This document shows, in pieces, positions 45,835-54,919 of a stretch of 64,000 nucleotides of DNA; position 1 is the stretch's first letter; every line of letters starts with the position of its first letter. The translations under genes and the position numbers were made by a program. A model generated the notes under the pieces. It saw nothing but the letters and a program-made list of their open reading frames with translations. It was not told the DNA's origin and searched no databases. The DNA is from an uncultured Actinomycetes bacterium (lineage in GTDB: Bacteria; Actinomycetota; Thermoleophilia; RBG-16-64-13), in assembly GCA_947085635.1 (NCBI GenBank), contig CAMTXC010000005.1, forward strand, positions 16,749 to 80,748. Reading direction: 5' to 3'.

Positions 45835-46125
45835 GTGATCCGGGTCACGGCTCGCACCGCCCTCCACCTCGCGACGCTCCTCCGAAGTCGTGAGGTGGAG
45901 TTGGAGGTGCCCGCGGGCGCTTCCGTCATGGATGTCCTAGTCCGGTTGGCCGATCGGATGGGGGAGCAGTCCGTTCCGGCGCTTCTCGAGCCGCAGAGTG
46001 GGAGACCGCAGCGTCATCTGAGAATAATGCTGAACGGGCGGGATATTGGGATCCTCGGTGGGCTCGACGCCGTTGTCAAGGAGGGTGACGACGTCTTGGT
46101 CATACCGCCCGCCGGGGGAGGCTGA
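45835..46125 (+). CDS. MoaD/ThiS-family ubiquitin-like protein
   Basis: About 96 aa ending ...DVLVIPPAGGG*. The C-terminal Gly-Gly and position after AOR fit the family. GTG start. Confidence 0.75.
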   Translation: MIRVTARTALHLATLLRSREVELEVPAGASVMDVLVRLADRMGEQSVPALLEPQSGRPQRHLRIMLNGRDIGILGGLDAVVKEGDDVLVIPPAGGG

Positions 46126-46138
46126 GAGAGGAGCTGTC

Positions 46139-46618
46139 ATGAAGACCGTCGCCGCCGTCGTACACGAGCAGGGTGGGCCGTTCTTGCTCGAAGAGGTGTC
46201 CCTGGATGAGCCCCGCGCGGACGAGGTGCTCGTTCGCATGGTGGCTACCGGCCTCTGCCACACCGATCTCTCGGTTCGAGCCGGCTATATCCCGTTCCCG
46301 CTTCCGGGCGTGATGGGGCACGAGGGTGCAGGAATTGTCGAGGCGGTCGGTTCCGCGGTGAAGCGCGTCGCCCCCGGCGATCGCGTGCTGGCCACCTTCA
46401 CCTCATGCGGGCATTGCGCCAACTGCACGGGTGGCGAGCCTGCCTACTGCCACACGTTCATACCGTCGAATCTCGTCGGTGGCACGCGCTCTGACGGCAG
46501 CTACACCAAACTGCCGCTCGAGCGCATGATCCGCTGTTACCCGTTCGAAGACATCGAGCTGGCCGCCGCCGACGCCGCTGCGGGCGCGACCATCAAGCCG
46601 GTCTTGGTATTCGACTGA
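46139..46618 (+). pseudogene. Zinc-ADH derivative lacking the Rossmann domain (in-frame internal deletion)
   Basis: Intact N-terminal catalytic domain (CHTDL, GHEGAG, CGHCANCTGGEPAYC) runs directly into a typical ADH C-terminal tail (YPFEDIELAAADAAAGATIKPVLVFD). It is 159 aa, against about 370 aa expected. Confidence 0.6.
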
Positions 46619-46721
46619 AGGCAGCCGCCGGGGCACCTACGGCGGAGCCGCGGGCACCCCGGCGGGCACCCCGGCGGGTGGCCTCAGCGCGGCGCCCGGA
46701 GCGGCGCCGCAGGCAGAGACC

Positions 46722-47705
46722 TCAGCCGGGGCGCGGGTCCTTGGGCTGGAGAAGCGGCAGCCCCGCCTCCCGGCGCGCGTCGTCGATGTGGATCAGCACG
46801 GCCTCCTCGATCGGCAAGACCGAATAGCCGAAGTCCTCCTTCGCCCGGGCGCAACTCACCTTCCACGGCAGTTCCTCCCGGCCGCGCTCGTCGCCGAACG
46901 TGATCTGAGCGTCGGGTAGATAGCCACGCACGACGTCCGCCAGGTCGCGGAGGGTCATGGGCGGGCCGCCGAGGTTGTAGACGGGGTGAGGCGACGACTC
47001 GGCGTGCAGCAGGATACGGGTGAACTCGCCGATGTCGTCCGGACACAACAGCGACCAGAGGCTCTTGCCGTCGATATCGTAGTGCAGCGGCTCGCCGACG
47101 GCCGGCACCGAGACCATATCTGAGAACCACTTGACCACGAACGGCGCGCAGGCTCCGTGGCCGAACACTATGCAGGGGCGCAGGCCGGTGCACTCAAGGC
47201 CGTAGACTTCCGAGTACTCGGCGGCCATGATCTCCGCGAGCCGCTTCGCGTAGGCGTAGAAGTGGCCCGGGCCCATGTAGAGGCGGTCGTCTTCGACCAC
47301 CTCTCTGTCACCGTAGTCGTCCTGGCTGCCGTACACGGTCTCGGAACTTGCGTACACGACGCGCTTGATCCCGGTGAGTCGAGCCGCTTCGAACACGTTG
47401 CACATGCCCAGGATGCCGACCTTGGTGTTGAGTCGCGGCAGCGGGTCGAGCGACATGACCATCGCCCAGTTCACCAGCCGGTCGATGTCGTAACGGCGGA
47501 TGATGTCGAGGATGTCCTCGAGCTGCGAGATGTCGCCCTTGGCGTAGCGGAACTTGTCCTGGGGGTCTTCGAAGGACCTCATGAACCACTCGGCAGGCGG
47601 ATTGACGTCCATGGAGACTACCCGATCGACTTCCGGATCCCCCACCAGCCGGGCGATGGTCTTACGCCCGAACTGCCCACTGCCTCCGATCACCAAGACG
47701 TTCAC
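46722..47705 (-). CDS. NAD-dependent epimerase/dehydratase (extended SDR)
   Basis: VLVIGGSGQFG Rossmann motif and YAYAK catalytic motif. GTG 47705 is preceded by GGGGAGGA. Confidence 0.85.
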   Translation of the reverse strand: MNVLVIGGSGQFGRKTIARLVGDPEVDRVVSMDVNPPAEWFMRSFEDPQDKFRYAKGDISQLEDILDIIRRYDIDRLVNWAMVMSLDPLPRLNTKVGILGMCNVFEAARLTGIKRVVYASSETVYGSQDDYGDREVVEDDRLYMGPGHFYAYAKRLAEIMAAEYSEVYGLECTGLRPCIVFGHGACAPFVVKWFSDMVSVPAVGEPLHYDIDGKSLWSLLCPDDIGEFTRILLHAESSPHPVYNLGGPPMTLRDLADVVRGYLPDAQITFGDERGREELPWKVSCARAKEDFGYSVLPIEEAVLIHIDDARREAGLPLLQPKDPRPG

Positions 47706-47823
47706 GTGAGTCCTCCCCTTGCCTGTAGGCGCCACCGGTCATGCCATCCGAAGCCTCGACCGTGAAACAGGATTTCGGCCGATCGAGCGGCACGGAATGC
47801 CCATGGTCCCCCAAGGTCGAGGT

Positions 47824-47833
47824 CTGACGTCTG
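47824..47833. promoter_or_regulatory. Operator-like site CTGACGTCTG upstream of the epimerase gene
   Basis: Reverse complement of the 40844 variant. Extended context: GTCTGACGTCTGTCAG. Confidence 0.35.
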
Positions 47834-47855
47834 TCAGTAGGTCAGCCTACCACGC

Positions 47856-48804
47856 CTAGCGGCTTCTTCGCTCGTAGATGTGCGGCCGTCCTTCGTCGTC
47901 GACGTACGCCACGTGGCGCTGAGCGACGGATATGACGCTACCGAACCACGGTGGCGTGGTCTGTTGACCCACCACCTGTTCGGAACCGTCGGCCAACCCG
48001 AGGGTGACGCGATGTCCCAGGCGGAAGTGTCCGTGCGCGTCGAGGGCCGCAGGTAAGTCACGTACGACTCGGCCAGTGCGGGCCAGTCGCCCTCGGCATC
48101 GAGGAGGCGCACCTCGTCGGTCTCGAGGTTGCGCAGATACAGGCCGTCGCCGGCCCAATAGGCGACGTGCGCGCCGGCCACCGAGGGTCGCCAGGAATCC
48201 GGGCCCAAGTTCCTTGCCGACGAGTTCCACGCGTGGGCCCGAGGGGAGGCGGTATGCGAAGATGCCCTGCTCCGCCCACTCCTCGACCGTGGTGCTATAC
48301 GTGCCCTCCCACCAAACCAGCCGGTCTCCGTCGATATCGGCCAAGCCGGCGCTCTCCAGCTGGGTGGGGATCTCCTGCAGGCGACCGCTCGCGAGGTCCA
48401 GTACGACTTCCGCCGGGGCGGTGATCTCGGTAGCCGTGGGTCCGTCGCCCCCACTGTCGCGTAACGTCATCAGTCCCAGCATCAGCACAGCTACCGCGGC
48501 TGAGGCGAGCAAGAATAGTACGACCAGCCCGGCGATCACACCGATGAGCAGGCCTCGGCCACCGCCGCGGGGAGGGAGGGGGAGGCGAAGGCGTGTCCGG
48601 GGGCGCAAGCGAATATGGAGGCGCGTATGGCGGCTGCTCCGGTTGCGGTTGCGGCTGCGGCGACTGCGCGGCGGCCGAAGGCGACTGGGCCTCGGTGGGC
48701 CACGTGCCTGCGCTCCCGGCTTCGGCGGGCGCGAACCGCCATCCGCAATGCCGGCAGAACGAAGCACTGTCTGAGACTTCGCGACTACAACTCGGGCATT
48801 GCAT
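47856..48804 (-). pseudogene. Zinc-ribbon / Pro-rich / TM / repeat-domain protein broken by at least three frameshifts
   Basis: MQCPSCSREVSDSASFCRHCG and the Pro-rich linker are in one frame. The TM helix (LLIGVIAGLVVLFLLASAAV) and DRLVWWEG are in a second frame. HVAYWAGDGLYLRNLETDEVRLL is in a third. The reading then returns to the second frame for HVAYVDDEGRPHIYE. Confidence 0.5.
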
Positions 48805-48991
48805 CGCTCGCACCTCCCTGATGTGCAGCCGTTCCGGCTCGGCCGCCTTCCCGGGCGGACCCGGTGCGACGTCCGTAGATTGGCAATTGGCCCCCATGTA
48901 CCCGGGCGCGAGGACGGCCATGCGCGGAGCGCCCCACCGGGGGCGTGGCACAACCACGCCGTCCGAACTCGCCGCGGCCCATGGCTCCCGC

Positions 48992-50578
48992 CTACGTCGC
49001 CCGCCTGATCTCGCGGAGAAAGCGACCCACGGTTGTGACCGCCGTCGCTCCCCGAGCATCGCCCATGTGCTTAAGGAGAGCCGTGCCGACGATGATCCCG
49101 TCCGCCACTGCTACCATCTCCCGTGCCGCTTTCGGCCCGGTGATGCCGAAGCCCACGAGGACGGGGATGTCGCTGTGGCGCCGGACGCTCTCGACCATCG
49201 TTCTCGCCACCGCCGCCGAGGCGGTGGCTCCGCCGGTACCGCCCTCGACAGACACGCAGTAGACGAAGCCTCGCGCCGCTTCGATCAGCGCCCCATATCT
49301 GCTCGGGAAAGTGGTGGGGACCAGCAAGGCAACGTTCTCAAGTGGGCATCCGTCCAATCCAGGCGGAAGTCTGTTCGCGTCCGGCCGAGCGGGGTCGACG
49401 ATCAGAAGGCCGTCGACCCCGTTCCGGTGGGCCTCGGCTGCCAGTCTCGCTCCGCCGGCCTGCAGGAAGTGGTCTCGGTAGGCCATGAGCACGACGGGGG
49501 CGGTCAGCCCGCGGCCTCGGGCCCGGGCCACGTCCGCGAGCACTTCGTGGGGGGTGGTCCCTCGGGCGAGGGTCTCGCGGATCGCCTGCCGGATGACCGG
49601 GCCGTCCAAGACCGGGTCGGGGGAGGGCAGCCCGATCTCGATCGCGTCGACGCCGGCTCGTTCGGCGCCGAGAAGCAGGGCGAGGAATGTCTCCCGGTCG
49701 GGGTGTCCGCCCACGAAGAAGGGGACGACGCTCTTCCCGCCCGCCGCGCGGCGGGCGCGCAGGGCCGCCTCGAGGGGGCCGACCACTCCGCCGCCGGCTC
49801 CGTCGACGTGCGCGTCGCCGGCCTCGTGGTCTTTCACCGAGGTCGTGGCTCCGAAGATGTGGCCCCATCCCGCGACGGCGCCCGCAGTCGCGGCAGTCTC
49901 AGCCTCGAGCGGGACTCCCTGCCTCTGCGACTCGGCTTCGCCCCCCTTCGCCTGCCCGATGAACGACCGCAGCCTGTCGGGGTCCTTGCGACCAGGCCGG
50001 CTTTCGGTGCCCGATGCCACGTCGACCGCCCAGGGGCGGGCCACCCGCACCGCTTCGGCGACGTTGTCGGGAGTCAGTCCGCCGCTCAAGACGATTCGTG
50101 CGACCCCGCGCGCAGAGGCGACCCAGGTCCAGTCGAACGACGCGCCGGTGCCGCCCGTCACGACGCGCCGGTGGCCGTCCTCCGCCTGCTCGACGCGGGC
50201 CGAATCGAGGAGGATGACGCCGAGCGAGCGGTATCCCACAAGCGAACGGAGGTCGCCGGGACAAATCAGCCCGATCGCCTTCAGAGCGGGGAGGGCCAGG
50301 CTCTCCATGTAGGAGGCGTCCTCCTCCCCGTGGAGTTGTGCAACGTCGAGGCCGCAGTGGAGCATGGTGGCGCGGACCACCTCGAGAGGCTGGTCCTGGA
50401 AGACCCCCACTGTGGTCACCGTGGAGGGGAGTTCCGCGACGATGCGCGCGACGGCGGCGGGGTCGGCCTTCCTTCGACTGCGCGGGGCGAACACGAAACC
50501 CAGCGCGTCCGCTCCGGCCTCCACCGCCCTCAGGGCGTCGTCTCGCCGGGTCAGGCCGCAGATCTTGACCCGGGTCAC
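48992..50578 (-). CDS. Fused phosphoribosylanthranilate isomerase / tryptophan synthase alpha chain
   Basis: N-terminal TrpF (VKICGLT...DALGFVF...LSGGL...VDVASG). About 55-aa linker. Then TrpA (VVPFFVGGHPD...GVDAIEIGLPSPDPVLDGPVI...VLVGFGI). No trpB lies between or nearby. Confidence 0.85.
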   Translation of the reverse strand: MTRVKICGLTRRDDALRAVEAGADALGFVFAPRSRRKADPAAVARIVAELPSTVTTVGVFQDQPLEVVRATMLHCGLDVAQLHGEEDASYMESLALPALKAIGLICPGDLRSLVGYRSLGVILLDSARVEQAEDGHRRVVTGGTGASFDWTWVASARGVARIVLSGGLTPDNVAEAVRVARPWAVDVASGTESRPGRKDPDRLRSFIGQAKGGEAESQRQGVPLEAETAATAGAVAGWGHIFGATTSVKDHEAGDAHVDGAGGGVVGPLEAALRARRAAGGKSVVPFFVGGHPDRETFLALLLGAERAGVDAIEIGLPSPDPVLDGPVIRQAIRETLARGTTPHEVLADVARARGRGLTAPVVLMAYRDHFLQAGGARLAAEAHRNGVDGLLIVDPARPDANRLPPGLDGCPLENVALLVPTTFPSRYGALIEAARGFVYCVSVEGGTGGATASAAVARTMVESVRRHSDIPVLVGFGITGPKAAREMVAVADGIIVGTALLKHMGDARGATAVTTVGRFLREIRRAT

Positions 50579-51456
50579 GTGGCGCTCCTGCCGGACACTG
50601 CTCGATACGGTGATGGTGGGGCGGTCCGTCCACGGTTCGGGGCATCAACGTGAACGAGCCCGCGCAGGGCGTCTTCCGGATCGGATGCGGTCACCAGCGC
50701 CTCGCCGACGAGGAAGGCGCGGGCGCCGTGCCGGGCGAGATCGTCAAGATCCGCCGCGCTCTTGAGGCCGCTCTCCGCCACCGAGAGGACCTCGGCGGGG
50801 ATGCGAGGCAGCAGACTCCTGCAGACATCGAGATCGACGCGCAGCGTGTGCAGATCTCTGTTGTTGACGCCTACGAGCCTGGACCCGGCGGCGAGCGCGA
50901 TGTCGAGTTCGGCGCCTGTGTGCACCTCGACCAGGGGTTCCAAGCCGGCGCGACGCGCCAGCGTGACAAAGCGTTCGGTCTCCCGACCGAGCACCGCGAC
51001 CATGAGCAGCACCAGATCGGCGCCGGCGGCGCGGGCTCGGAGTATCTGATACGGGTCCACCACGAAGTCCTTGCAGAGGACCGGTAGGTGCACCGCCCGG
51101 CTGACGGCAGCCAGGTCTTCGAACGATCCGCCGAAGTAGTCGGGTTCGGTAAGCACCGAGATGGCGCAGGCTCCGGTCCGCTCGTATGCGAGTGCCAGCG
51201 ACACCGGATCGAGATCGGGGCGCAGATCGCCCCGCGAAGGGCTGCGCCGCTTGATCTCGGCGATCAGCGCCCGGCCTCGGAGAGGTCGCGACGGGTCGAT
51301 CGTGTCGACGGGAGCATCTGGGTCGAGCCTACCGAGGAAGTGCGCGGCCCGCCCTTCGGCGCGAGGCGCGGGCTGCGTCGCCGCGCGGGGGTCTTGGGCC
51401 TTGTCGAGATCCACCCGCCTGCGGCGGTCTCGCACGATCTCCTGAAGCGTGCTCAT
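50575..51456 (-). CDS. trpC: Indole-3-glycerol-phosphate synthase
   Basis: IAEIKRRSPS, ISVLTEPDYFGGS, PVLCKDF, LVEVH and VGVNNRDL motifs. Confidence 0.9.
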   Translation of the reverse strand: MSTLQEIVRDRRRRVDLDKAQDPRAATQPAPRAEGRAAHFLGRLDPDAPVDTIDPSRPLRGRALIAEIKRRSPSRGDLRPDLDPVSLALAYERTGACAISVLTEPDYFGGSFEDLAAVSRAVHLPVLCKDFVVDPYQILRARAAGADLVLLMVAVLGRETERFVTLARRAGLEPLVEVHTGAELDIALAAGSRLVGVNNRDLHTLRVDLDVCRSLLPRIPAEVLSVAESGLKSAADLDDLARHGARAFLVGEALVTASDPEDALRGLVHVDAPNRGRTAPPSPYRAVSGRSAT

Positions 51457-52487
51457 AGCGCGGCATCCACGAGTCGTGCGCGCTCCGTCGCCTCCACGAG
51501 ACCTGTCAAGGCAGAGAGGGCGCGACCCGAGTCGATAGAATCGGCCGCCATCCCGGCGCCCTCCCGCAGGTCGCGGGCCGCGCCGGACAAGCGGAGAGCG
51601 GCCGCCGCGTTCAGCAGGACCACGTCCCGCGGCGGGCCGTGCTCCCCCGTTAGGATGCGCCTTACGATGGCGGCGTTGGCAGGCGCGTCGCCACCGCGGA
51701 TGGACTCGAGCGGAGCGCGCGCGATGCCCGCCTCCTCGGGTGTGATCATGTACTCTGTGACCGCTCCGTCCCTCACCTCCGCGACGAGAGTCGGCCCAGC
51801 CAGGCTGACCTCATCGAGGCTCTCGCACCCGTGCACGACCATCGCCCGGGGGGTCCCCAACCGAAGTAGTGCCTCGGCCAGCAATCGGGTGTGTTCGGGG
51901 CGGGAGACTCCCACTACTTGGTGGACCACATCGGCCGGGTTCGTAAGCGGCCCGAGCAGGTTGAACACGGTGCGGATGCCCAGGTCGCGGCGGATGGGCG
52001 CGACGTGGCGCATGGCCGAATGCACGAGCGGCGCGTACAGGAACCCCACTCCGATCTCCTCGACGCAGGCGCACACCGTGTCGGGGTGCACGTCGATGCG
52101 CACGCCGAGCGCCTCCAACACGTCCGCGCTGCCACAACTGCTGGACACGGCTCGGTTGCCGTGTTTCGCCACGTGCCTGCCCGCCCCGGCCAGCACGAAG
52201 GCGCTTGCCGTGGAGATGTTGAAGGTGTGGGAGGCATCTCCACCTGTTCCGCAGGTGTCCACCAGATCGGCCACCCGGGGGCGGATCGCGGTGGCGTGGC
52301 GGCGCAGGATCCGCGCCGCGCCCACGATCTCGTCGGCGGTCTCTCCCTTGAGTCGCATGGCGGCGAGGAAGGCCCCCACCTGCCCATCTGACGCACGCCC
52401 GCACATGATGTGCTCCATGGCTTCCATGACGTCGACCTCGGTGAGATCGATGCCGTCGGCCAACTTGGCGATCAACGGCTTGAGCAT
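51453..52487 (-). CDS. trpD: Anthranilate phosphoribosyltransferase
   Basis: VDTCGTGGDASHTFNISTA, KHGNRAVSS and NLLGPLTNP motifs. Confidence 0.95.
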   Translation of the reverse strand: MLKPLIAKLADGIDLTEVDVMEAMEHIMCGRASDGQVGAFLAAMRLKGETADEIVGAARILRRHATAIRPRVADLVDTCGTGGDASHTFNISTASAFVLAGAGRHVAKHGNRAVSSSCGSADVLEALGVRIDVHPDTVCACVEEIGVGFLYAPLVHSAMRHVAPIRRDLGIRTVFNLLGPLTNPADVVHQVVGVSRPEHTRLLAEALLRLGTPRAMVVHGCESLDEVSLAGPTLVAEVRDGAVTEYMITPEEAGIARAPLESIRGGDAPANAAIVRRILTGEHGPPRDVVLLNAAAALRLSGAARDLREGAGMAADSIDSGRALSALTGLVEATERARLVDAAL

Positions 52488-53140
52488 GACGCCTCCTCTT
52501 CGTGCGTTCGGTCCAGGTGGGGCGAGTGGGTGGTCGTGTCCAGGTGGGGCGAGTGGGTGGTGATGTCCAGGAAGTTCCGCAGTATGTCCATGCCTGCGAG
52601 CGTCAGGATAGATTCAGGGTGGTACTGGAGCCCGTAGAGACCTCGGCGGTCGTCTGCGATGGCCATGACCGCGCCGTCGTCGCGGGCGCGGGCCGTGACT
52701 CGGAAGCCCGCTGGAAGGGTCTCCTCGTGCACCACGAGCGAGTGGTAGCGGGTGGCTGCGAAACCTTGCGGTATCCCGGAGTGGAGTCCCGCACCGTCGT
52801 GCTGCACCGACGAGGTCTTCCCGTGCATGATGCGGCCCGCCCTGACCACGTCGCCGCCGAAGGCGTGGGCCAGACACTGGTGCCCAAGGCAGACGCCGAG
52901 CACCGGGATCCGTCTTGAGAGGCGGCGGACGAGGTCGGCGCAGATGCCTGCACCGGAGGGATGGCCGGGACCGGGCGAGATGACCACCCTTCGCGGACGC
53001 ATCGTCTCCACTTCTTCGACGGTGATCCGATCGTTCCTGACCACGCTCACGTCCTGCCCCAGCATCCAGAAGCACTGGGCCAGATTGTGTGTGAACGAGT
53101 CGTAGTTGTCGATGAGCAGGAGCGGCGGGGCGGTGCTCAT
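52472..53140 (-). CDS. trpG: Anthranilate synthase component II (glutamine amidotransferase)
   Basis: LLIDNYDSFTHNL, GVCLGHQ and YHS motifs. Has an unusual C-terminal tail containing a tandem duplication. Confidence 0.9.
   Translation of the reverse strand: MSTAPPLLLIDNYDSFTHNLAQCFWMLGQDVSVVRNDRITVEEVETMRPRRVVISPGPGHPSGAGICADLVRRLSRRIPVLGVCLGHQCLAHAFGGDVVRAGRIMHGKTSSVQHDGAGLHSGIPQGFAATRYHSLVVHEETLPAGFRVTARARDDGAVMAIADDRRGLYGLQYHPESILTLAGMDILRNFLDITTHSPHLDTTTHSPHLDRTHEEEASCSSR
52511..52571 (-). repeat. In-frame 27-nt tandem duplication in the trpG tail
   Basis: GTCCAGGTGGGGCGAGTGGGTGGT at 52511-52534 and again at 52538-52561, followed by a 7-nt start of a third copy. Encodes THSPHLD-T-T-THSPHLD. 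Confidence 0.85.
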
Positions 53141-54681
53141 GGTGCGACCTTTCTTGTCGGTCGGGGGTGAAGCGGCCGGCTGGTGTCATACGCGCGCCCC
53201 GAGCGCTCCGAGCTGAGGCCGGAGCCTCCGGCGGCCAGGATGAGGGCTTGGCGTAGCGCCTCTCCCTTGTGGAGCGTCTCCTCGTACTCGCGGGCGGCGA
53301 CGGAGTCGGCCACGATTCCGGCCCCCGCCTGGTAGGTGACCACGCCTTCGGCGAACACCAGGGTGCGTATGGCGAGGCAGGTATCGAGCGACCCGTCGAA
53401 ACCCAGGTAGCCCACCGCGCCGGCGTAGGGCCCGCGTTCGTGCGGTTCGAGGGAGGCGATGAGTTCGAGCGCGCGTACTTTCGGGGCTCCGGAGACGGTG
53501 CCGGCGGGAAAGGTCGCCGCCAGGACGTCCAGGGCGTCGGTGTGGGCGCGCAGCTTTGCGGAGACCGTGGAGGTCAAGTGCATGACGTGGGAGTAGCGCT
53601 CGACCTCGAACGATCGCTCGACGCTCACGCCGCCGGGCTCCGCGACCCTCCCCAGGTCGTTGCGTCCCAGATCGAGCAGCATGACGTGCTCCGCCAGCTC
53701 CTTCTCGTCGCAGACGAGTTCTTCCTCCAGGGCGAGGTCCTGTGCCGGTGTGGCGCCTCTCGGGCGCGTCCCGGCGATCGGCCTGACGAGCGCCCGCCCA
53801 TCCTCCACCCGCACCATCACCTCGGGGCTGGCTCCGACCAAGGTCGCGTCGCCCAGGGCGAGATGGAACAGGTAGGGGCTGGGGTTGAGCACCCTCAAGG
53901 CGCGGTAGACGGCGAAGGGATCGAGGTCGGTGTGCCCGGAGAAAGATTGCGAGAGCACCACCTGCACGACCTCACCGGAGTGCACCGCTTCCTTGGCCGT
54001 CTCGACCATCGCTTCGAAGCGTGCGCGTGGGATGGTGGGGCGGATCACAGGGGGCCGGCCGGGCCGTGGGTCGCGGACGGATGGAGGCAGAGGACGGGCC
54101 AGGCGTTCGAGTACGCGCTCGATCTGCTCCTGAGCGTCGTCGTAGCCACCGGGCCCGTCGCCGGCGTGCGCCGGCACTATCACGGTGAGCGAAGAGTCGA
54201 GGTTGTCGAAGGCGAGGATGGTCCGCGGAGCGAACATCCGGATGTCGGGGAGGGCCGAGACATCCGGCTGAGGCTCCGGCAGTCGTTCGAACAGCCGGGC
54301 GCAACCAAACCCGAGGTATCCGACCAGGCCCCCGTTCAAGCGGGGGAGACCGGGCAACGCGGGCATCTGGTGTTCGGCCGCGATGCGGCGCAACGCCGCC
54401 ACGGGGTCGTCGTATCGGCGGGCCGCACCGCCCTCCGTGACAGTCAGTTCGCGACCCCGCGCCTCCACTGTCAGGAAGGGATCGCACCCCACGAGGGAGT
54501 AGCGGGCCCAACGAGCGCCGCCTTCGACGCTCTCGAGCAGGAACGACCACGGACCACCGGCCACCTTGAGGTAGGCGCTCACCGGTGTCTCCGTGTCGGC
54601 CGACACTGTGCGGGTCACCGGCACCAGAGGGTAGTGGCGGGCGAGCCGGGCGAACCCCGGTCTGTCTGTGTGGTGAAACAT
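53137..54681 (-). CDS. trpE: Anthranilate synthase component I
   Basis: Full-length chorismate-binding enzyme (LESVEGG, GAVGYLGFDG, IRT...GAGIVADS). AGGAGGA RBS. Confidence 0.95.
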   Translation of the reverse strand: MFHHTDRPGFARLARHYPLVPVTRTVSADTETPVSAYLKVAGGPWSFLLESVEGGARWARYSLVGCDPFLTVEARGRELTVTEGGAARRYDDPVAALRRIAAEHQMPALPGLPRLNGGLVGYLGFGCARLFERLPEPQPDVSALPDIRMFAPRTILAFDNLDSSLTVIVPAHAGDGPGGYDDAQEQIERVLERLARPLPPSVRDPRPGRPPVIRPTIPRARFEAMVETAKEAVHSGEVVQVVLSQSFSGHTDLDPFAVYRALRVLNPSPYLFHLALGDATLVGASPEVMVRVEDGRALVRPIAGTRPRGATPAQDLALEEELVCDEKELAEHVMLLDLGRNDLGRVAEPGGVSVERSFEVERYSHVMHLTSTVSAKLRAHTDALDVLAATFPAGTVSGAPKVRALELIASLEPHERGPYAGAVGYLGFDGSLDTCLAIRTLVFAEGVVTYQAGAGIVADSVAAREYEETLHKGEALRQALILAAGGSGLSSERSGRAYDTSRPLHPRPTRKVAP

Positions 54682-54715
54682 GTGCGTCCTCCTATTGGCG
54701 CGGCGGCAGAATGCG

Positions 54716-54800
54716 GAAGAGCCGCGGAGTACTCCGCGGCTCTTCTCTGGTCGTACAACTAGAAACGCCGCGGACGGTCCCTGAGGGCCGTCCGCGGCGT
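54716..54800 (-). promoter_or_regulatory. trp leader structures: two strong hairpins between trpL and trpE (candidate attenuator)
   Basis: Hairpin 54765-54800: ACGCCGCGGACGG / CCGTCCGCGGCGT, 13 bp plus an inner CCC/GGG. On the transcribed strand it is followed by TTTCTAGTT. Hairpin 54716-54745: GAAGAGCCGCGGAG / CTCCGCGGCTCTTC. Both share a CCGCGG core that allows alternative pairing. Confidence 0.5.
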
Positions 54801-54832
54801 CTAAGTTCCTATGTCAAGAAACGTGCCGGCGC

Positions 54833-54919
54833 TCAGCCCCGTGTATCAGGCCGGCGCCACCACGAGCCCAGCGAGTTATCGCTGGTGTGGGCGACGAGTG
54901 TTCGATCGACGGCAGTCAT
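54833..54919 (-). CDS. trpL: Candidate trp operon leader peptide with tandem Trp codons
   Basis: MTAVDRTLVAHTSDNSLGSWWRRPDTRG*. The TGG TGG codons lie at 54857-54862. A -10-like TAGAGT lies 7 nt upstream of the ATG, so the transcript may be leaderless. The hairpins follow downstream. Confidence 0.6.
   Translation of the reverse strand: MTAVDRTLVAHTSDNSLGSWWRRPDTRG

Noticed and set aside
49700-49900. Hidden trpB remnant in another frame within the trpF-trpA linker region
   Set aside because: The other frames here give only Arg/Pro-rich strings. The resemblance of the in-frame linker to the TrpB termini is weak, so it is mentioned only as a hypothesis.
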